Assembly: GCA_023205875.1 (NCBI GenBank)
Contig: CP060766.1
Coordinates: forward strand, 124,001-188,000
Reading direction: 5' to 3'
DNA: 64,000 nucleotides
Origin: Chloropicon primus
Taxonomy: Eukaryota
The first letter of the stretch is position 1; each line of letters begins with the position of its first letter. Positions 57,200 through 64,000 of this stretch are shown here, in pieces. A program made the position numbers and the translations under genes. The notes under the pieces were generated by a model. The model was not told the origin of the DNA. It searched no databases and saw only the letters and a list, made by a program, of their open reading frames with translations.

Positions 57200-60199
57200 A
57201 TGAGTGAGGTGCTGAAGTCGCCCCTGCTTGCGATACTGCAGGCGAGGAGAGCCAGGGAGAGGACGGCGGCGAAGGGGCTCGAGGCTGTCGGGAAGGAGAA
57301 CGGAGGGGAGGAAGGTCGAGGCGCCGCGTCGAGGATGGACAAGCCCTTCGCTCCCAGAGCCAAGAAGAAGGCCTCGGAGGCGGCCAAGGAGGGAGAGCGT
57401 GTGGAGAGCGTTTCACTGTCCACGCCGCCGGACTTCACGCCGAGGCGGAGGCGCCTGAGGAAGATAGGCAAGGACGCCCTGCGAAAGTTTCAGCAGAAGA
57501 GGACGGAAGGGGCAGCCGGCAGCACTTCATCGTTGATGCAGACCCTGAGGTACGAGGACGAGGACGCCGAGGACGCCGAGGGCAAGGCAGCAGGGGTCCC
57601 TTTGGACGAGTCCGGGGAGAAGGTGGGGGGGATTCAGATCGACGACGTCCTCGAGAGTTTCGGTGGGCTAGGACTCGGCGAGGGAGGGTCGAGGAAGAAG
57701 CCTCCGGCGTCCCAAGGGAGCGAGGCCAAGAGGCCCGCGGGGCGCCAGTACGCCGACAAGACCGAGAGGATCTCCGCCGAGATCGAGGCCAGAGGTTCGA
57801 GGAGCGAGGCGAGGGAGGAGACTCGAGGAACTTTGCTGGAATTGAAGGGGGGGTATCAGCTGAAGCTGAACTTCTCCCTCTACCCCCACCAAGAGGAAGG
57901 AATCTCCTGGCTGTGGAAGCTGCACAGGATGAAGAAGGGCGGAATTCTCGCGGACGACATGGGCTTGGGCAAAACGATGCAAATCTCGGCCTTCCTCTCT
58001 GGCCTGTTCTTGAAGAGGATGACAAAGAGAGCGCTCATCGTGGCGCCCAAGACGCTGCTCAAGCACTGGGCCAAGGAGCTCACAAAGTGCGGCCTCGGGA
58101 ACTTCATCTGCGAGTTTTACGGGGGAAGCGCCAACTCCAGGAGGAGCGACCTGGAGCGGAGCCTGCAGGAGGGGGGAATCGTCCTGACGACTTACGGAAT
58201 GATCTTGCACAACGACGCCGAGTTGAAGGGCCTCGGGAAGATCTCCTGCATCGACTCGGACGACGAGCACCAGCAGGCTACCTGGGACTACATGATCCTC
58301 GACGAGGGTCACAAGCTGAAGAACCCGAAGATCCAGCTGTACCAGAAGCTCAAGCGGTTCCAAGTCCGAAACAGGGTGATCCTCACTGGCACCCCGGTCC
58401 AGAACAACATGCAGGAGCTCCACGCGCTGATGGAGTTCGTCTGCGAAGGAATTCTGGGCGACAGAAGAGACTTCAGGGAAGACTTCGAGAGGCCGATCAT
58501 CAACGGCCTCGACAAGGAAGCGACGCACAGGGACAGGGAAGTCGGCAAGGCGACTTCTGCCAAGTTGCAGACCATCATTTCCAAATACATCCTTCGGAGG
58601 GAGAAGGACAAGGTTTTCAAGAAGGACAAGAAGGAGGAGGAGGAGGCCTCGACCAGCCCCGAGGCCGGGGGCGCGGCGGAGGTCCTGCCGAGCCTGGAGA
58701 ATGTGAGGAAAAACGACTTGGTGGTGTGGCTCAAGATGAACAGGCAGCAACAGAACCTTTACATGTCGTTCCTGCAGACTGAAAGCGTTTTCAGGGCGCT
58801 GAACAACACGGGCTCCGCCCTGGCCGCCCTGAGCGTCCTGAAAAAGATTTGCGATCACACCGACCTGATCACCAACAATGCCGCCAACCAGATCTCCACG
58901 CAGATCAAGGTGCCATCTTCCGGGGACGACGACAGCGCCGCGGGCGGGAGAGACGAGGATCAGTCGTGCAAGATCGACTTTCTTCTTCAGCTGCTTCCCG
59001 AGCTGCATTCGAAGGGGCATCGCACGCTGGTGTTCAGCCAGAGCAGGCAGATGCTCGACCGCGTTCAGAAAGCTGTGGAGGGTCTGGAGCTCGCATTCTG
59101 CAGGATCGATGGCTCCATCTCGAGCATCGAGAGGAGGCAGGAGGAAGTCGACAGGTTCAAGAGAAACGACGAGATCCCAGTCTTCTTGCTGACCACCGGG
59201 GTGGGTGGGCTCGGGCTGACTCTCACGGAGGCGAACAGGGTCGTGGTGGTGGACCCCGCCTGGAACCCCTCCGTGGACAACCAGAGCGTCGACAGGGCCT
59301 ACAGAATCGGTCAGACCCGCAACGTGGTCGTTTACAGGCTCATCACCTGCGGCACGGTGGAGGAGAAGATCTACAGGAAGCAGGTCTTCAAGCAAGGCTT
59401 GAGCATCATCTCCAACGGCGGTGAGGAGGCCTTCCGTTACTTTACGAAGCAGGAGCTGAGGGAGCTGTTTTCCGCGAGTTACGAAGGTTTCCTGAATTCG
59501 AAAACTCAGCTCGAGCTCGAGAAGAAGCACGGGGGCGAGAGAAAATCGGACGAGGGTTTGGACGACCACATCGCGTTCCTGAAGCGGCTGGAGGGGTACT
59601 TTGGAACCTCTGACCACGATCTGCTCTTCACCAAGGCACCGGACGAGGCCACGTTCCAAGCCCCGATGATGCGGAAACTCGGGCCCGGGGGAAGCCTGAA
59701 GTTTTCCTCGGGGGGCGTCCCGCAGAGTCCCTTGGCGAAGAAGATGCAGAGCAGGTCCCAGTGGGGCGGCGCGGGGCTCCTCTCCCACCTCACCCTGGAC
59801 GATGAAGAGGACAAGCCCGAGGCCGGGCCTTCTTCGTCCGTGGCGGACAGCCGCACCGTGGCGCGGGTGGATTGCGTGGACATCAACTCCCTGACCGCGA
59901 GCAGCGAGGAGGCCTCCAAGGCCAAGAAAGAGATCCAGTCGCTGAGGGACGACATCTCTCGAGCGGAGAACTTGTTGAGGAACTCTGGACTCCTGGCCAG
60001 GCTCCCCGACGGCGGGGCCCAGCTCAAGCAGAAGCAGGAGGACCGCAAGAAGAAGCTGGATTCCCTCCTCTCATCCCAAGGGGGCGACAGGACCAGCAGT
60101 CCAACCACTTCCTACAACATGTACCTCGAAGCGTACAAGTCCTCGTACAACCACGCCCTGCAGGAGAACAACAACCAGCAGGACGACGGCGTCCCCTAA
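57200..60199 (+). CDS. SNF2-family ATPase, ERCC6L/PICH (CHR24)-like
   Basis: GGILADDMGLGKT, DEGH, LTGTPVQNN, LVFSQS, RIDG, GG.GLTLT.A.RV...DPAWNPS.DNQSVDRAYRIGQ; C-terminal LPDGG..L. Confidence 0.88.
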   Translation: MSEVLKSPLLAILQARRARERTAAKGLEAVGKENGGEEGRGAASRMDKPFAPRAKKKASEAAKEGERVESVSLSTPPDFTPRRRRLRKIGKDALRKFQQKRTEGAAGSTSSLMQTLRYEDEDAEDAEGKAAGVPLDESGEKVGGIQIDDVLESFGGLGLGEGGSRKKPPASQGSEAKRPAGRQYADKTERISAEIEARGSRSEAREETRGTLLELKGGYQLKLNFSLYPHQEEGISWLWKLHRMKKGGILADDMGLGKTMQISAFLSGLFLKRMTKRALIVAPKTLLKHWAKELTKCGLGNFICEFYGGSANSRRSDLERSLQEGGIVLTTYGMILHNDAELKGLGKISCIDSDDEHQQATWDYMILDEGHKLKNPKIQLYQKLKRFQVRNRVILTGTPVQNNMQELHALMEFVCEGILGDRRDFREDFERPIINGLDKEATHRDREVGKATSAKLQTIISKYILRREKDKVFKKDKKEEEEASTSPEAGGAAEVLPSLENVRKNDLVVWLKMNRQQQNLYMSFLQTESVFRALNNTGSALAALSVLKKICDHTDLITNNAANQISTQIKVPSSGDDDSAAGGRDEDQSCKIDFLLQLLPELHSKGHRTLVFSQSRQMLDRVQKAVEGLELAFCRIDGSISSIERRQEEVDRFKRNDEIPVFLLTTGVGGLGLTLTEANRVVVVDPAWNPSVDNQSVDRAYRIGQTRNVVVYRLITCGTVEEKIYRKQVFKQGLSIISNGGEEAFRYFTKQELRELFSASYEGFLNSKTQLELEKKHGGERKSDEGLDDHIAFLKRLEGYFGTSDHDLLFTKAPDEATFQAPMMRKLGPGGSLKFSSGGVPQSPLAKKMQSRSQWGGAGLLSHLTLDDEEDKPEAGPSSSVADSRTVARVDCVDINSLTASSEEASKAKKEIQSLRDDISRAENLLRNSGLLARLPDGGAQLKQKQEDRKKKLDSLLSSQGGDRTSSPTTSYNMYLEAYKSSYNHALQENNNQQDDGVP

Positions 60200-60449
60200 G
60201 TCCCGCCGCAGTTGTAAAAGTAAAAGCAGCAACTTCCAAACTCTTCAAGGGACCACCATTCAAGTGATCCAAAACCAATCCTAATCCAATCCCAATCCCC
60301 CCAAAGGCGCTGGGACCCATCCAACGGTGCCAATGCCAATCCATTCCTCCTCCTCATCCTGGGGTGCCACCTTTTCCGTTCCCCCCCAAAACCAAAAAAG
60401 GATCATCACGTGCCCGGCTGCTGTGCTGGGAAGAAGAGCAAAGTCTGCG

Positions 60450-61424
60450 ATGGACTTCGAGTGGTCTGTGGGGACGACGCCATGGTCGAGGCCGAGCAAG
60501 GTGGTCTGGTCCATCCTGGGGTACCTCCTCTCCATCGGTTTGATCTCGAAACTTCCTTTGACTGCAAAGAAACGCGTTGCCTCGTTCAAGCCATTTGAAG
60601 TCTTGGTTTCAATGCACAGTTTGTTCCTCTGCCTCGGATCTCTGGCCATGTTCCTCGGCGGCGTCGCGGCGTACGTCCACGAGGGACGCAAGGGAGGCAC
60701 TTTCGACTTTCTTGTCTGCAAGGAGTTCGCGGACACCTCGCGAGGTTCCATCTACTTTATAGGGTATCTCTATTATTTGGTGAGTTCTGCAGCTCCGCGA
60801 TCGGTGTCGGTGCTTGGCTCGTCTGTCATGCTGGCCACGCGCTGGGCAGACGCGGTCGGAGCGCGAGGCTAGAGAGCGCTCCATCGTCTATTTGTTGCAC
60901 GAGCGAAGCCAGCTGACTGACCGAGGTTGCTTTTTCATCGTTTTTGATCTCCACGCCGGCGCGCACCGGGCGAGCAGAGCAAGTACGTTGAGCTGATAGA
61001 CACGGTGATCCTTGCCTTCAAGGGGAAGAGCTTGTCCGTCCTGCACGTCTTTCATCACTCTGTTATGCCGGTCATGTGCTGGCTGTGGCTGGAACAAAGA
61101 CAGTCGCTGCAGGAGATCGCCCTCCTCACGAACACGGGGGTCCACGTTATCATGTATTACTATTTTTTTGCCTCGGCGATCGGTCGGCCGCCCAAGTGGA
61201 AGAAGCTCGTGACGCTGTGTCAGATCATCCAGTTCGTGTTCAGCTTCACCATGGGGCTGGTGTACGTCTGCGTCCGGCTGAAGAGGCAGAAAGCATGCTC
61301 GGGAGAATTCTCCCTTTGCGTCAACGTGGGCATCAACGCCATCTTCCTGACCCTGTTCTTGCAGTTCTATAACAAAGCAAGCAACTACGATAGAAGACCT
61401 CGGCCTCATAAAAAGTCTGCCTAA
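60450..61424 (+). CDS. ELO/GNS1-SUR4 fatty-acid elongase
   Basis: Exons 60450-60779 and 60978-61424. YYLSKY.EL.DT, LHVFHH, NT.VHVIMY.Y, T.CQI.QF; dilysine-like C-terminus. Confidence 0.9.
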
Positions 61425-61820
61425 CCTTGACAAGTAATGCACGCAGAGCATGAGCATTGCCTCAGGCCGTTCGAAAAAACTTGACAGCTTTCCGTTTCTC
61501 GTTGTCTTCCAAAAAAAATTCGTTGAGAGTATCGAGTTGTTCCAGAGTCAACACACACAAGAGAACCAAGGTCTTGGTCTTGGCCAAGTCAGGGACGGGA
61601 GCCAAGGTAGCGGAGTGCTCGAGGTGGTCGCAGGATGCATGCAGCTGTCACGAAGACCTTCAGGTCGGGGTGAAGGTGCGCAATTCAATTCAAATTCAAT
61701 CCGGAGGGACCTTGATCCCAAGGAAAGGTTTCCTCTGAGGAGAAAGCCAAGCTTGGAACAACTGGAGTGGGTCTTGGTGTTGGGCGAGGAAAGAGGCGTG
61801 TGAAGCGTCCGAGAGCAGTC

Positions 61821-63974
61821 ATGACGAGCCACACGGGCGTGACCCTTGAGGGTGACGACATCACGAAGGTCTTGTCCAAGCTGGAGGCGAATCTGAAAGC
61901 GAAGGCCGAGGAAAACGGGGACAAGAACAAGAGTCCAAGTCCCGAAACGAAGAAGAAGGAGGGGAGCCCGGGAGAGGGCAGTCCCAAGAAGTTCACCACC
62001 TTCACAACGAAGCTGAGGCAAACACCTCAGGTAAGAACTTTTTCCTCTACTTTTGCTCGAGAGGAAGGAAGGAAGGAGCGCTGTGTGGATTTGGATTGGA
62101 CTGACTTGCTCTCGACATAATAATCTCTCTCTATCTCTATCTCTCTTGGTTTTTGTTGGCAGGTCGAGGCGGAGGAGGTGTTCGACGACTTCATAGACAA
62201 TCTTCCCCTCGCGAAGAAGTACTTGCTGAGAATTGAGGGCCGTCTCCCATGGGAGCAGCAGGCGAACAAGGGCAACGCGACGGAGGAGGAGGCGGCCTTC
62301 CACCGCATTCATATGCTGCACACCCAGTTGCACACTTTGTGCACCAACAGCAAGCAGGCTGCCGATTTCATTGGGCAGAGGGTAAGAGATCTGCCGAAGA
62401 GCACCATAGATACTCTTCTGTCCCTGTTGGACCAGCTGAATGACTTCAACTTGAGCGACTACATCCGCCTGCTGGTCTACTGCGCGGACAAGACGAAGAA
62501 GAAGGGAAGGAAGTCGAGGCCAGAGACGAGGGAGGAGAAGGTGGAACAGGAGAGGATGATCAGGTTCACGCGGCTGAGGAGGGAATCGATAAGGAGGTCG
62601 GTGAACCTGAGGGCCAAGCAGACTGAGAACATGCCGCTAGAAAAGTTCGTGAACGTGATGACGAGGGCCAGGGGCCATAGCATCAACAGCCACCCCTACA
62701 CCCCGCCGTCTCGACCGGTGAGCCCGAACAAGAAGAAGAAGGATCGGATCAAGAGGCTGAAGACGCCCCCGGCGGGCTCGGGATTCTTCTCGACCTCGTC
62801 CGCCGACTTAGTGAGGGACTCTCTGCTTTTCGTTCAGAACGAGAGGGACCTGAACCACACTCCACTGCCGACGGGGAACACGCTCAAGGACAGGTTCCGG
62901 ACGGCTGGCGCTGCCATCGCCGGCTTCTTCAATCTGGACATGGAGGAGGCCGACGAGAATGAGAACGTGCAGAGGGTTTCCACGCCAGAGAGGCTGGGAA
63001 TTAATCTCGACGACCACGAGGCCCTTCAGATGTATTCCGACCAGTGCATCAAGAGCGGCATCTCGCGCCACCCCAAGGTTCTCTTCCAGCTGGCTGGGGA
63101 GGCTTTGGAGCTCGAGGGGTGCCACCTGGGTAGAAAGGGGATGCTCCCCATCATCGAGACCCTGAAGCAGTCCTCCACCCTCAAGCTGAGGAGGATCAAC
63201 TTCGTGGATAACCACGTCACGCCCTCGCTGTGCGCCATGCTGGTCTCCGTGCTGACCACGAACCACGACCTCTTCGTGAACCACCTCGACCTGTCGTTCA
63301 ACAAGATCTCGGACGCGGGTTGCGGATCGATCGCGAACATGATCGCCTTGGCGGACAGGGACCCGGACGACGAGCTCCACTCCCTTTTCCTGGTGTCGTG
63401 CGACATCGGGCCGAAGAGCCTCAGCAGGCTGTTTTACTCCCTGAGCGACAACTTCAACTTGCAGACGCTGGACATCTCGAAAAACGTCTTGGACAAGCAG
63501 GCCGCGGGTCTTCTGGGCAGCTCCCTGCTCACGAACACCACCCTCGTCAGCTTGACCATGCAGGAAGTCGGGCTGAATGTGGCCCACATTCAGAAGATGA
63601 AGGAGGGCCTGGCCAAGAGCAAGTCCTTGACCTACCTGGATCTCTCCCAGAACCTGGGTGTCGGTTCGCCGGGAGCCGTGCTGATCTGCGAGGCCCTGCT
63701 GGACAACGACAAAGTGGAGCTGGTGAACCTGTGCAAGTGCCAGATCGACAGCAAGGCCGGGCCGACCCTCGCGGACTTGGTCATGCTGAGCAAGTCCCTG
63801 GAGGACCTCAACCTGTCCTACAACATGCTGGGAGAGACGGCGGTCTTGGCCCTGAACCTTGCCGCCCAGCGCCAGAGGTTCGGCACGGAGGTTTCCGTCC
63901 ACCTCTACGACTGCTCGTCCCCCAAAAAGTACCCGGACGGCAAGAGCACCTCGAGAAGGACGCTGTCTCCCTAA
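61821..63974 (+). CDS. Ribonuclease-inhibitor-like leucine-rich-repeat protein
   Basis: Exons 61821-62030 and 62163-63974; LDLSFN.I.D.G, LDISKN, LDLSQN, LNLSYN repeats. The TAA is overlapped by GTAAGG, so the gene may splice onward beyond the window. Confidence 0.75.
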
Positions 63975-64000
63975 GTAAGGGCACATTCATTCGTTTGGTT

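Overview
This is gene-dense, GC-rich eukaryotic nuclear DNA with short GT-AG introns and many (GA)n/(GT)n microsatellites. Plastid genes (cytochrome c6A, ACT-domain starch phosphorylase), a CDPK and an axonemal dynein light chain point to a compact green-algal genome; Chloropicon-like is my inference and is not verified. About 38 protein-coding genes can be modelled, mostly housekeeping (LAS1, LSM8, NKAP, SEC14, XPF, uS9m, eIF2D, LC1, CPSF6-like, NDUFAF6, UBE3D, NAD kinase, LMF1, TBCA, ERCC6L-like, elongase). The standout is a ~14 kb island (20.6-34.9 kb) of signal-peptide proteins. Five of them look like polyprotein or prohormone-type precursors, with modules separated by a stereotyped ...EEP(A/V)S(S)DD-G-RR(x)L(L)-Q linker. 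That linker combines a Gly-dibasic amidation signal, a subtilase/S1P-type RRxL/RKLL site and a Gln that could cyclise to pyroglutamate. Modules are shuffled between genes, and one precursor ends in an intact plastocyanin-type blue-copper domain. The island also holds an expansin-FAS1-ShKT mosaic, a bacterial-looking deaminase and a near-perfect 1707-bp tandem gene duplication. About 20 kb further on, a secreted SURNod19-family protein carries the His-His/His/His-x-His/Met ligand pattern of peptide-amidating copper monooxygenases and is flanked by ~240-bp direct repeats. I found no tRNA, rRNA, CRISPR array or transposase that I can support. All family calls come from motif recognition by eye, without database searches.
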